Assembly: GCA_044240195.1 (NCBI GenBank) | Contig: JBIHZX010000001.1 | Coordinates: 135,576 to 199,575 of the forward strand | Source: Candidatus Nanopelagicales bacterium | Lineage (GTDB): Bacteria > Actinomycetota > Actinomycetes > S36-B12 | Direction: 5' to 3' | Length of the DNA: 64,000 nt | Shown here: one piece after another, positions 1 to 9,541 of the stretch | How the letters are laid out: each line of letters begins with the position of its first letter | How positions within the stretch are numbered: position 1 is the first letter of the stretch | Notes under the pieces: generated by a model | Database searches by the model: none | What the model saw: only the letters and a program-made list of their open reading frames with translations | Told to the model about the DNA's origin: nothing | Made by a program: the position numbers and the translations under genes

Positions 1-380
1 GCTGGCAGATCGACGATTATCGGATTGCCCTCGTGAATTGCCACCTGGACCGTTTGGTTTTCCAAGAGGTACTTTGAGCTGTCTCCAACAATCGAGTCAG
101 GCACAGGAAACTGCTCGTAGGAACTATTGTCCATAAAGACCCAGCTATCCCCATCGCGGTAGAGGTATTGCATGTCTCTTCGATCGACGGAGGCTGTCTC
201 AACTTTGACTCCGGCATTGAATGTTTTATCAACCACCTTGCCGGAGAGCACATTCTTCAACTTACTTCGGACGAATGCTCCACCCTTACCCGGCTTAACG
301 TGCTGAAAGTCAATGACGGTCCATAACTGTCCATCAATATTGAGAACGACGCCATTCTTTAAATCATTACTGGTTGCCAC
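1..380 (-). CDS. efp: Elongation factor P, N-terminal ~126 codons (3' end runs off the window start)
   Basis: Absent from the ORF track because there is no stop codon in the window. A minus-strand GTG at 380 opens (M)[60 protein letters not shown]..., the canonical EF-P N-terminus with the KPGKG loop. It lies downstream of aroQ, as in other Actinomycetota. Confidence 0.9.
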   Translation of the reverse strand, partial: MATSNDLKNGVVLNIDGQLWTVIDFQHVKPGKGGAFVRSKLKNVLSGKVVDKTFNAGVKVETASVDRRDMQYLYRDGDSWVFMDNSSYEQFPVPDSIVGDSSKYLLENQTVQVAIHEGNPIIVDLP

Positions 381-434
381 CAAGGTGCCCTATCTCTATT
401 TCAAACACTAATCCGACAATTCCTCAGAATCTCT

Positions 435-881
435 CTAAGCCTTGAGCAACAATAGTCGCGCGAGCGCTTGAAGGGCCAATAGGTAGGAATCCACGCCGAA
501 ACCGGCAATCACTCCGGTCGCTGATGGGGTCACTACTGAATGGTGGCGGAACTCTTCACGTGCACCAGGATTGCTGATGTGAACTTCAATAAGGGGTTCA
601 GCTAACATCGCGCAAGCATCTGCGATCGCGTAGGAGTAATGCGTGAATGCTGCAGGATTCATAATCACAGGCAACTTTGACTCGGCCGCGAAATGTAACC
701 ACTCAATTATTTCGCTTTCGCTGTTGCTCTGGCGGATATCAACTTCTAACCCCAATTCAAGGGCCTTCTCCGACACGGTATTGGCGAGTTCGGCGTAGGT
801 GAGGGTTCCATAAATCTCGGGTTCCCTGCTCCCAAGTCGATTCAGATTCGGTCCATTAATCACCAAAACCCGTTGCTTCAT
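435..881 (-). CDS. aroQ: 3-dehydroquinate dehydratase, type II
   Basis: 148 aa. It has the type II dehydroquinase signatures VINGPNLNRLGSREPEIYG and EVHISNP. It is the last gene of the aroC-aroK-aroB-aroQ run. Confidence 0.95.
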   Translation of the reverse strand: MKQRVLVINGPNLNRLGSREPEIYGTLTYAELANTVSEKALELGLEVDIRQSNSESEIIEWLHFAAESKLPVIMNPAAFTHYSYAIADACAMLAEPLIEVHISNPGAREEFRHHSVVTPSATGVIAGFGVDSYLLALQALARLLLLKA

Positions 882-906
882 GGTTTAACCTTACCCAACG
901 TTTTGC

Positions 907-1992
907 CTAAACTGATGATGACAGGTTGCTATAGGCCGAGAAAAGAAGGGATGGATCGGGACCTTCTAAGATCGCTGGTTTTCCAATCCCGTCAAGGACA
1001 ACGAACCGCAAGAGATCCCCCCTGGCCTTCTTGTCCACCTTCATGGTCGAGAGCAACGAATCCCAGCGCCCAGCTGGATAGGTCGTGGGAAGGCCGATCA
1101 CTTCAAGGACATCACGGTGCAGTTGAAGATCTGTATCGGGCAGACGGCCAGCGATATTGGCTAACTCGGCCACAAACATAATTCCAACTGATACGGCAGC
1201 ACCATGGCGCCACCGATAATTCTCAAACTTCTCGACCGCATGCCCAAATGTGTGCCCGTAATTGAGCACTTCACGGCCCAAATCGGGACCACCCTGCTCG
1301 GTGAAATCACGGGAGACTACTGCAGCTTTAACCGCAATCGCCCGTTCAATCAGTGAGGTGACTATTTCCTGCTCGGGGTCAAAACAGTTGTCGCGCTCGG
1401 TCAAAATCGTTTCCAAAATGCTGGGATCACTTGTCAAGCCGACTTTGGCTACCTCGGCCAGTCCTGCGCGCAGGTCATTTTCTGGCAGCGAACTGAGAGC
1501 GTTGACGTCAATTACCACCAAGCTTGGACTGTGGAATGCGCCTACGAGATTCTTGCCGGCATCGTTATTGATACCCGTTTTACCCCCAACAGCCGCATCA
1601 ACCATTCCGAGCAAAGTCGTTGGTACCGCAATCCATTTGATTCCCCTCAACCAGGTAGCAGCAACAAAACCAGCGAGATCCGTTGTGGCTCCCCCACCCA
1701 AGCCAATAATCATGTCTGAGCGCGTAAATTCAGAAGCACCAAGTGCGTTCCAACAGTACTCAAGAACCGCTGCAGTTTTGGAATCCTCGGCTTCAGGAAC
1801 TTCAATCAAGACAACTCGACGACCCGAACCTTCCAACTCAACCTGTAGGGATTCAGCACTCACTCGAAGTGCAACGGGATAGATGATCCCAACTCGAGTC
1901 GCGGTTGATACAGCTTCGTTCAATTCACCAAGAAGTCCACGTCCAATATGAACGTCGTAACTGTGTTCCGCATTAACCGAAATACTTAGCAT
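907..1992 (-). CDS. aroB: 3-dehydroquinate synthase
   Basis: 361 aa. It has the GGGATTDLAGF nucleotide loop and the GHTFGHAVE metal site. Its start overlaps the aroK stop by 7 nt. Confidence 0.95.
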   Translation of the reverse strand: MLSISVNAEHSYDVHIGRGLLGELNEAVSTATRVGIIYPVALRVSAESLQVELEGSGRRVVLIEVPEAEDSKTAAVLEYCWNALGASEFTRSDMIIGLGGGATTDLAGFVAATWLRGIKWIAVPTTLLGMVDAAVGGKTGINNDAGKNLVGAFHSPSLVVIDVNALSSLPENDLRAGLAEVAKVGLTSDPSILETILTERDNCFDPEQEIVTSLIERAIAVKAAVVSRDFTEQGGPDLGREVLNYGHTFGHAVEKFENYRWRHGAAVSVGIMFVAELANIAGRLPDTDLQLHRDVLEVIGLPTTYPAGRWDSLLSTMKVDKKARGDLLRFVVLDGIGKPAILEGPDPSLLFSAYSNLSSSV

Positions 1993-2507
1993 GGGACGCC
2001 GTTCGTGAGTAGGTCAGAGATCTGCTGGGCAAGTTGTTGTGCATCAAGTGTGTTTGCATCAATCCGGTGCGTGGCAAGGCTTGCATAAATGGGGGTTCGA
2101 GTTTCCAACAAAGAAACAAGATTTGCTCTCACATTTCCCACAAGCAGCGGACGAGGGGCCGAAAGCCCAGCCCGACGAAACGCCACTGAACTACTCACTT
2201 CAAGCCAAATGATTGGTGAAGTACTCGCTGTGAGCTCCTTGGCAGTGTTCATATCCATTACAGCGCCACCACCCAAAGACAAGACACCGTCAAACCCGCC
2301 GAGTGCCTGTGTAATTGCTCGGGCTTCCCACTCGCGAAACACCGATTCACCGTGATCAATAAAAATATCCGCAACACTCTGTCCGTGCGCAGCCTCAACT
2401 AGTTGATCTGAATCAGAAAATGAACAACCAAGTCCACCAGCGAGAATTTCGCCGACGGTTGTCTTGCCAGCACCTGGCGCACCAATGAGAATTGCTCGAG
2501 GGGTCAC
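1986..2507 (-). CDS. aroK: Shikimate kinase
   Basis: 173 aa with the P-loop GAPGAGKTTVG. It lies between aroC and aroB. Confidence 0.9.
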   Translation of the reverse strand: MTPRAILIGAPGAGKTTVGEILAGGLGCSFSDSDQLVEAAHGQSVADIFIDHGESVFREWEARAITQALGGFDGVLSLGGGAVMDMNTAKELTASTSPIIWLEVSSSVAFRRAGLSAPRPLLVGNVRANLVSLLETRTPIYASLATHRIDANTLDAQQLAQQISDLLTNGVPC

Positions 2508-2514
2508 AAGAAAC

Positions 2515-3717
2515 CTAGTTAACCAATGGGGCGATCTTAATCGTGAGATTCTCTAGGTAACTCGCAATATTGCGCTGACATTCGCCTAGGGAGTCTCCAC
2601 CAAATTTATCCAGTATTGCTTCCGCGAGAACGAGCGCCACCATGGCCTCTGCAACAATTCCAGCGGCGGGAACCGCGCACACGTCGGATCGTTGGTTGAT
2701 TGCGACTGCGGCTTCACCCGTTGCGGTGTCAATTGTTTGCAGGGCTCGTGGAATTGTAGAAATCGGTTTCATCGCGGCACGGACACGAAGCATTTCCCCG
2801 GTACTCATGCCGCCCTCGGTGCCGCCGGACTTTCCTGAACCGCGCCGAACTTGGTCGCCCTCGGCGAAAATTTCATCTTGGGCTAATGATCCTCGAACCG
2901 CGGCGATATCAAAACCGTCACCTACTTCGACTCCTTTTATCGCTTGAATTCCCATGAGGGCCGCAGCCAACTTCGAGTCGAGTCGGCGGTCCCAATGGGT
3001 GTAGCTTCCTAAGCCGGGTGGCAAACCAACAGCAACCACCTCAACAACCCCACCCAGCGTGTCCCCATCGCGGTGAGCTGCCCCAATTTCTTCTTCCATG
3101 AGTGCACTGACCTGTGGATCAACGCATCGAACGGGGCTAGCGTCAATGACATCTATTTGATCGGGCGTTGGTGCGGGCCCCGTGTACGCCACCGACCCGA
3201 TTCGCACCACATGACTCACTAGTGTGATCCCTGCAACCTGCGCGAGAAAAGCGCGGGCAACGGCCCCCAATGCAACACGAGCTGCAGTTTCGCGGGCGCT
3301 AGCACGCTCCAAAACTGGCCGCGCATCGGAAAAATCAAATTTTTGCATTCCAGCAAGATCCGCATGTCCGGGTCTAGGCCTCGTCAATGGTGCATTTCGA
3401 GCCAGTGCGTCCAAAACATCTTGGTCAACCGGCTCCGGGCTCATGACGGCTTCCCATTTCGGCCATTCGGTATTCCCAATTTCTATGGCAATTGGGCCGC
3501 CCAATGTCTGGCCGTGTCGAACCCCACCGAGGAATCTGACATCGTCTTTCTCAAATTTCATCCGGGCTCCACGACCCGTTCCCAGCCTGCGGCGGGCCAG
3601 ATCTCGATCAAGGTCGGCGGTAGTGATGTGGATTGAAGCGGGCATCCCCTCGACGATCGCCATCAGGGCCGGGCCATGGGATTCACCAGCGGTTAACCAA
3701 CGCAGTCGCGACACCAT
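2515..3717 (-). CDS. aroC: Chorismate synthase
   Basis: 400 aa. The motifs [13 protein letters not shown] and [11 protein letters not shown] are typical of chorismate synthase. Confidence 0.95.
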   Translation of the reverse strand: MVSRLRWLTAGESHGPALMAIVEGMPASIHITTADLDRDLARRRLGTGRGARMKFEKDDVRFLGGVRHGQTLGGPIAIEIGNTEWPKWEAVMSPEPVDQDVLDALARNAPLTRPRPGHADLAGMQKFDFSDARPVLERASARETAARVALGAVARAFLAQVAGITLVSHVVRIGSVAYTGPAPTPDQIDVIDASPVRCVDPQVSALMEEEIGAAHRDGDTLGGVVEVVAVGLPPGLGSYTHWDRRLDSKLAAALMGIQAIKGVEVGDGFDIAAVRGSLAQDEIFAEGDQVRRGSGKSGGTEGGMSTGEMLRVRAAMKPISTIPRALQTIDTATGEAAVAINQRSDVCAVPAAGIVAEAMVALVLAEAILDKFGGDSLGECQRNIASYLENLTIKIAPLVN

Positions 3718-3740
3718 GGGTCAATACTGTCAGATCCGAA

Positions 3741-4223
3741 CTACGCTCCCGCGCTCACACCTGCAGCAATTAATCCCGCTGCAAGAACACCCAGGGCCAT
3801 GAATGGACCAAATGGCACTTTGCGGCTCCTACGGCTGCTGAAGATGAGTGGCAGCACCCACAATCCGGCACTAGCGAAGGAGATCAAGGAGCCAACATAG
3901 ATGTAGGTCCAACCAAGTGATCCAAGATACAGTCCAACGACCGCTGCGTATTTTACATCTCCCATTCCCATACCTCCCAGTAGATGAATGGCCAGATATG
4001 CCAGAGACGCAAGAAGAGATCCCGCAATCGCCATTCCGAGTATCTGCACATCACCGCGAGTAATCGCGACCAGGCAAAATCCGATGAGGCCTCCGAGAAA
4101 TGACACCGCAACGAGTGAATTGGGTAATCGGTGCTCGTGAAGGTCAACTTTGGATAACATCACAGCGGTCACAGCAAACCAAATCCACGTTGCACAATAG
4201 GCAGCCGAACTGAATGTGACCAT
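3741..4223 (-). CDS. Prepilin peptidase, A24 family (short TadV/CpaA-like form)
   Basis: 160 aa and polytopic by hydrophobic profile. It has the GMGMGDVKY (GxGDxK) aspartyl-protease motif. Confidence 0.7.
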   Translation of the reverse strand: MVTFSSAAYCATWIWFAVTAVMLSKVDLHEHRLPNSLVAVSFLGGLIGFCLVAITRGDVQILGMAIAGSLLASLAYLAIHLLGGMGMGDVKYAAVVGLYLGSLGWTYIYVGSLISFASAGLWVLPLIFSSRRSRKVPFGPFMALGVLAAGLIAAGVSAGA

Positions 4224-4267
4224 CTGAGAATTCTCGTTGACAGAAGCCTGCCACCCAAGTTTGATAG

Positions 4268-5110
4268 TCAGGCTGTGGAAAACTCATTTGGTAATGCAGC
4301 CCGCATGGCTTCAACGGGAGCCTTTTCCCCAGTGAACAGCTCAACTTGGGCGCACGCCTGCCACAGCAACATTTCGACACCGCTCAAAACCGCCCCGCCA
4401 TGATGGATCTTCCAGAAACCCGCCAGTTCACTCGGCCACGGGTTGTAGGCAATATCGAGGAGCGCAGCGAGGCTTTGATCTACTGCGATCCTGCTAATAA
4501 TCTGCTTTTGCGCAGAACCGGGGACAGTACTGATCACAATGTCACCCGACAGCACGACGTCACCTTCTAATTTAACCGTCCGCAAATCAACCCCGAGCGA
4601 ATTACTCTGGGAATGAAGCAGCGAGAAAGCTTCACGGTTACGTCCATAACAGGTGATATCCACCACTCCAAGCTCAGCGAGGGCACTCAGTGCGCTGCTC
4701 GCCGTCGCGCCCGAGCCGATAATGCAGGCTGAATTAATGGACCCAAGCCCGGCATGCTCAATTGTTTGCACGATTCCAAAGACGTCAGTATTTTCAAGAG
4801 CCCATTTATGTCCGCCATTTCGAAAAACAGTGTTAGCACAACCTGTTTGAATGACGAGTTGCGATTGTTGGTCAACCAATGCCAGGACATCACGCTTCAA
4901 GGGCATGGTGAGCGAATAACCCAATGAGTTTTCATCTAACTGCGCAATACGTTGTGCGAGCGTTTCCGTGGATGTGTCAATCGCCGAGTAATCAATATCC
5001 AATCCGAGAGCCGCGTACGCCGCACGATGCAAAGTGGGCGAGAGTGAATGTGAAATCGGTGAACCAAGAACGGCCGCTTTCAATGTCATAGCGGACACAT
5101 CATTGTGCAT
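4268..5110 (-). CDS. aroE: Shikimate dehydrogenase
   Basis: 280 aa. It has the GSPISHSLSP substrate loop and the IIGSGATASSA dinucleotide fold. The internal ATG at 5089 is an alternative start. Confidence 0.85.
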   Translation of the reverse strand: MHNDVSAMTLKAAVLGSPISHSLSPTLHRAAYAALGLDIDYSAIDTSTETLAQRIAQLDENSLGYSLTMPLKRDVLALVDQQSQLVIQTGCANTVFRNGGHKWALENTDVFGIVQTIEHAGLGSINSACIIGSGATASSALSALAELGVVDITCYGRNREAFSLLHSQSNSLGVDLRTVKLEGDVVLSGDIVISTVPGSAQKQIISRIAVDQSLAALLDIAYNPWPSELAGFWKIHHGGAVLSGVEMLLWQACAQVELFTGEKAPVEAMRAALPNEFSTA

Positions 5111-6188
5111 CCAAGAAAGCTTGATACTCGGCTTTAAATTTCAAGAATTTTTCATAGGACCTGGCAAACTTCGTTTCCCCCGTATCGGGATTCACGGTAA
5201 CGAAGTACAACCATTTACCTTTAGCGGGCGAAAGCGCGGCTTCAAGCGCAGAATCACCCGGTGAATTTATCGGTGTAGGTGGGAGCCCTATTACCTTATA
5301 AGTGTTGTAGGGCGACTCTGTGTCCAATTGATCTGAAGACAGTTGCAATTCGTCTAGCCCCAATGCGTAGGACACTGTCGAGTCAAACTGTAAGGGCATC
5401 TTGGCTTCTAGTCGGTTGTACACCACGGCTGCGACTTTCGCGAAGTCCTCAGGAACAACTTCCCCCTCCAACAGCGATGCCACCGTCAGGATCTCGTAGG
5501 GACTACGGCCAAGCTGGGCAGCCCGCGCTTCAAGGTCAATACTGGACGCGGACTGCTTGAAACGCTTCACCAGTGCGCTCAGAATTCCCTCAGCATTCTC
5601 ATCTCCGACCAGGTCATAGGTGGCCGGAAACATAAAGCCTTCTGGCCTGCTCTCCGCCCAACTCGGTAGAGAAAGTGCGTCGGGATTAGCCAACACCTCT
5701 TCAAAGTCAGTTGCGGGGAGCCCGCTGGTGCTCGCAGATAATTCAACCGTCTCATTTAGGCGCAAACCCTCAGGTAAAACCAATCGAGAGGCTGCACGTG
5801 AAGCCGGATCCAACATCAAAAGGAGGGCGGACTCACCACTCATTTGCGTCTTCATCGTGTAATTACCTGGACCGATCGTTGCGCTAGCCTCATTGTTGGA
5901 TGCGGCACTAGTAAAACTCTCAACTGATTTGACTACATCGGCAGCCTGCAGCGTGCTACCTATTTTGGTGAGACTCTCGCCCCTGCTCACCGTGATGCTG
6001 ACGCTACCCGTCCCAGAACCGACGTAGTCGTTTGTCTCGCTTCCCCCACCAAAAATTGAGTACATTCCAAAAATGATTGCCAGAGCAGAAATCAATCCCG
6101 CTCCGATCACTACACGCTTGCTCCATGTATTTGCATTTCGTGAGGGTGGCAATGGCTCGTCACTAAGAACCTCATTCAAAAACGTCAC
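5100..6188 (-). CDS. mltG: Endolytic murein transglycosylase (YceG/MltG)
   Basis: 362 aa. An N-terminal TM helix is followed by a YceG domain with the PEGFMFPATY catalytic-Glu motif. The GTG start shares 1 nt with the ruvX stop. Confidence 0.85.
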   Translation of the reverse strand: MTFLNEVLSDEPLPPSRNANTWSKRVVIGAGLISALAIIFGMYSIFGGGSETNDYVGSGTGSVSITVSRGESLTKIGSTLQAADVVKSVESFTSAASNNEASATIGPGNYTMKTQMSGESALLLMLDPASRAASRLVLPEGLRLNETVELSASTSGLPATDFEEVLANPDALSLPSWAESRPEGFMFPATYDLVGDENAEGILSALVKRFKQSASSIDLEARAAQLGRSPYEILTVASLLEGEVVPEDFAKVAAVVYNRLEAKMPLQFDSTVSYALGLDELQLSSDQLDTESPYNTYKVIGLPPTPINSPGDSALEAALSPAKGKWLYFVTVNPDTGETKFARSYEKFLKFKAEYQAFLDAQ

Positions 6189-6625
6189 TAGCTTGAGCCT
6201 TTCATTTGAGCTAACCCGTCGATATAGGCCTGCAAGAATATTGCGGCGGCTGCACTGTCCACTTTGTCACGCATCTGTTTTGTACTTAAACCGCCAGCTC
6301 GCAAGGCTCCTATGGCTTGAATTGTGGTTAATCTTTCATCAATGAGAATAATTGGAATTGATGAAACAAGGGCAAGTTGGCGCGCCCATTCCCGAGCATT
6401 TTCTGTAGATGCCGTGTCATTGCCTTTCAAGTTGCTGGGTAAACCAACAACAATCTCACATGGTTCATACTCGAGAATAAGTGCGAGAGCAGCTGTGATT
6501 GAGTGCTCCCCCCCACCTATTGCAACCTGCGGCGATGCCAAAATTGCATCAAAGTCAGACGTGGCAACCCCTATGCGCACCGTACCGACGTCAAATGCAA
6601 GACGCCGCTGATTAACCCGGGACAT
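6188..6625 (-). CDS. ruvX: Putative pre-16S rRNA nuclease / Holliday junction resolvase-like YqgF
   Basis: 145 aa. The N-terminus RRLAFDVGTVRIGVA is typical of YqgF. There is a TAATG overlap with the alaS stop. Confidence 0.85.
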   Translation of the reverse strand: MSRVNQRRLAFDVGTVRIGVATSDFDAILASPQVAIGGGEHSITAALALILEYEPCEIVVGLPSNLKGNDTASTENAREWARQLALVSSIPIILIDERLTTIQAIGALRAGGLSTKQMRDKVDSAAAAIFLQAYIDGLAQMKGSS

Positions 6626-9297
6626 TATTTATGCGCAACCAACGCCGCTTCAATGCTTGAGATCGCTGCTGGTAGTGCCGCAGCGTTTGTACCTGCTCCC
6701 TGAGCGAAAGCATCCTTGCCCCCACCTTTGCCATCAAGTTGGGTGAGTGCCAGCCGCAGTAATTCTTGAGCTGAAATCCCAGATTCAACGCCGAGTTCAT
6801 TGACGGCCACTACCGCAGAAACTTTTCCATCTACGATCACCGTTGCGAATGCAACGGCCTTCGATGCGTTTACGCCTCGGGAAATCGCCTGCTGGGCTAA
6901 TTCTCGGAGACTATTCGGATCGGTTCCCGTCGGTGCGGCGAAAACCCAAAGATCAACGTCACCCTGACGCACCGGCTCGCCCACGATGCCACTGGCATCT
7001 TTGAGCAAGTTTGCGCGCTTGAATTCAGCAATCTCCTTCTCAGCCACCTTGAGTGCGCCAATCGTTGACTCCAGTCGATCAGTGAGCTGGTCTGCTGGGA
7101 CTTTGAGCATCGAGGTGAGCTTGCTAACCAATACGTGCTCATTCGCCGCGAATTGATAAGCGTCCGAACCCACGAGTGCTTCCACTCTTCTAACGCCGGC
7201 ACCGACGGAGCCCTCTCCCACGAAGTACACCAAGCCAAGTGCTCCTGTTCGCTGCGCATGTGTTCCACCACACAACTCGTGGGCCCAGTCACCGACAGAG
7301 ACAACTCGCACTTCTTTGCCATATTTTTCGCCGAACAGAGCCATGGCTCCCATGTCGAGCGCTTGTTGCTGGGACATCACGTTTGCACTCACTGCCAAGT
7401 CCTCGATAAGCATTGCGTTGACGTATTGCTCGACGTCTCGCAGCACCGCCGGTGAAACGGCTTCCGGACTCGGAAAGTCAAAGCGGAATCGCCCGGGGGA
7501 ATTCTCTGACCCCATTTGAGTCGCAGTTTCTCCAAGTCTTTCACGAAATGCACGATGCACCATGTGAGTGGCCGTGTGGGCCCGCGAGATTGCCTTCCGT
7601 CGCGCAATATCGACGGCACCAATAACTGATTCGCCAACAATGCATTCACCATCCACTACCCGACCACGATGCAGGACAAGTCCCGGGACTGGAGCTTGTA
7701 CGTCATAGATCTCGGTTCGAGATTGTCCTGTTACCGAGGTGATAACACCGTGATCCCCAAGTTGACCGCCTGATTCGGCGTAAAATGGGGTGCGGCTCAG
7801 AATAACTTCAACGTTGTCACCAACACGCGCAGCGAGAACCGAAGTCCCATCAATTACCAGTCCCGTGATCTGCGCCTCGCTCGTGCTCTCCAAGTATCCA
7901 GTGAATTCGGCGCTGCCCCCGACCGTCAAAATCTCTTTATAGGCGGTCGTTGCAGCGAAGTCACTTTTGCGAGCAACAGAGTCAGCCTTCGCCCGATCAC
8001 GTTGCTCTTTCATGAGGACGGAGAAGCGATCCCGGTCAACTGTCAGCCCCGCCTCGGCTGCCATTTCCATTGTCAAATCAATAGGAAAACCGTAAGTGTC
8101 ATGTAGCGCGAAGGCTTTTTCTCCAGAAATCGTTGAACTACCGCTATTTTTCGTTTCGCTTGCGGCGTTCTCGAACAGAGTATTTCCGGTGATCAACGTT
8201 TGAGCAAATGCGTTTTCTTCACCCGTTGCAATGCTGAGGATTCGTTCGCGAGAATCATTGAGCTCGGGGTATTGGGGTGCCATAGCTTCAATCGCCGACT
8301 CGCACAATGTTCGCAGGGTGGGTCCGGAGGCACCCAGGATTCGCATATTCCGAATCACCCGTCGCATTAGGCGCCGCAGTACGTATCCACGTCCTTCATT
8401 GCCGGGAATCACTCCGTCGGAGATCAAAAATACAACCGTTCGTGAGTGATCAGCTACCACGCGCAATGCAATGTCATGTTTCGCATCGACCCCATAAACC
8501 GCCCCCGAAAGTTTCGAAGCTGAATCCAAAATTCCGCGCGTGGTGTCAATTTCATATATGTTGTCGACCCCCTGCAAGATTGCGGCCATGCGCTCGAGAC
8601 CCATTCCCGTATCGATACTTGCAGCGGGTAACGGGCCCAATATGGGAAAGTTGTCTTTGCCCGAACCTTCGCCCCGCTCAAATTGCATGAAGACCAGGTT
8701 CCAGACTTCGAGGTATCGATTTTCATCGGCGATCGGTCCACCTTCAGCACCGAATTCTGGTCCACGGTCGTAGTAGATCTCCGAGCACGGACCACATGGC
8801 CCGGGGACTCCCATCGACCAGTAGTTGTCATCCATGCCACGACGCTGGATCCGCTCTGGTGGCACACCGACAACATCCCGCCAGATGGCTTCACCTTCGT
8901 CATCGTCTTGGTACACCGTGACCCACAAACGCTCAGGATCAAAACCGTAGCCACCATCGTCAATCGAAGATGTGAGCAACTCCCATGCGAGTGGAATTGC
9001 TTCTTCCTTGAAGTAGTCACCAAATGAGAAGTTTCCTGCCATTTGGAAAAAGGAAGCGTGACGGGTGGTTTTGCCGACTTCCTCAATGTCGAGGGTTCGA
9101 ACAACTTTTTGAACACTGGTTGCGCGCAAGTAAGGCGCCGGTGCCTCACCCAAGAAATAAGGTTTGAATGGCACCATTCCAGCATTGACGAAGAGCAGTG
9201 TTGGGTCGTCCAGGAGCAGGGATGCCGAAGGAACGATTTCATGTCCACGTTCCGCAAAAAACGTGAGAAATCGAGTCCGAATTTGCGCGGAATCCAT
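6625..9297 (-). CDS. alaS: Alanine--tRNA ligase
   Basis: 890 aa. It has FVNAGMVPFK, the editing-domain motifs HTATHMVH and CGGTH, and a C-terminal DHHA1-like region. Confidence 0.97.
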   Translation of the reverse strand: MDSAQIRTRFLTFFAERGHEIVPSASLLLDDPTLLFVNAGMVPFKPYFLGEAPAPYLRATSVQKVVRTLDIEEVGKTTRHASFFQMAGNFSFGDYFKEEAIPLAWELLTSSIDDGGYGFDPERLWVTVYQDDDEGEAIWRDVVGVPPERIQRRGMDDNYWSMGVPGPCGPCSEIYYDRGPEFGAEGGPIADENRYLEVWNLVFMQFERGEGSGKDNFPILGPLPAASIDTGMGLERMAAILQGVDNIYEIDTTRGILDSASKLSGAVYGVDAKHDIALRVVADHSRTVVFLISDGVIPGNEGRGYVLRRLMRRVIRNMRILGASGPTLRTLCESAIEAMAPQYPELNDSRERILSIATGEENAFAQTLITGNTLFENAASETKNSGSSTISGEKAFALHDTYGFPIDLTMEMAAEAGLTVDRDRFSVLMKEQRDRAKADSVARKSDFAATTAYKEILTVGGSAEFTGYLESTSEAQITGLVIDGTSVLAARVGDNVEVILSRTPFYAESGGQLGDHGVITSVTGQSRTEIYDVQAPVPGLVLHRGRVVDGECIVGESVIGAVDIARRKAISRAHTATHMVHRAFRERLGETATQMGSENSPGRFRFDFPSPEAVSPAVLRDVEQYVNAMLIEDLAVSANVMSQQQALDMGAMALFGEKYGKEVRVVSVGDWAHELCGGTHAQRTGALGLVYFVGEGSVGAGVRRVEALVGSDAYQFAANEHVLVSKLTSMLKVPADQLTDRLESTIGALKVAEKEIAEFKRANLLKDASGIVGEPVRQGDVDLWVFAAPTGTDPNSLRELAQQAISRGVNASKAVAFATVIVDGKVSAVVAVNELGVESGISAQELLRLALTQLDGKGGGKDAFAQGAGTNAAALPAAISSIEAALVAHK

Positions 9298-9319
9298 CGT
9301 TTTTACTCCTTGAGTGCGA

Positions 9320-9538
9320 TTACGGGGTTATCGAGTCGTGTTGTGTCGGTTGCGCGGTTTGTCTAATTTTTGAAACCTGCTCACCGACACCCACAGCGAA
9401 TACCCGAGCAGAGGCTCCTGCATCCATCAGTGTGAGAACAAGCCCTTTATTCATTGACTCATTCGCCAGCTCTTCCAATTTTCGATAGGCAAGGATTCCT
9501 CCAACGGCCCCCAACGAGACCCAGACCATTCTGCGCAT
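9320..9538 (-). CDS. Small hypothetical protein with N-terminal TM helix
   Basis: 72-aa ORF (MRRMVWVSLGAVGGILAYRKLEEL...) packed tightly between rarA and alaS. I recognise no motif. Confidence 0.5.
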   Translation of the reverse strand: MRRMVWVSLGAVGGILAYRKLEELANESMNKGLVLTLMDAGASARVFAVGVGEQVSKIRQTAQPTQHDSITP

Positions 9539-9541
9539 GGT

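Noticed and set aside
1262-1882. A 206-aa plus-strand ORF. Similar cases are 3224-3802, 31321-31848, 21015-21500 and 45640-45984.
   Set aside because: All are antisense to strongly supported genes (aroB, aroC, pgsA, secD, SBP). They have low-complexity Ser/Pro/Arg/Ala composition and no RBS or motif.
8454-9257. A 267-aa minus-strand ORF inside alaS in another frame.
   Set aside because: It is an alternative frame of a highly conserved gene, with Cys/Trp/Ser-rich atypical composition and no independent support.
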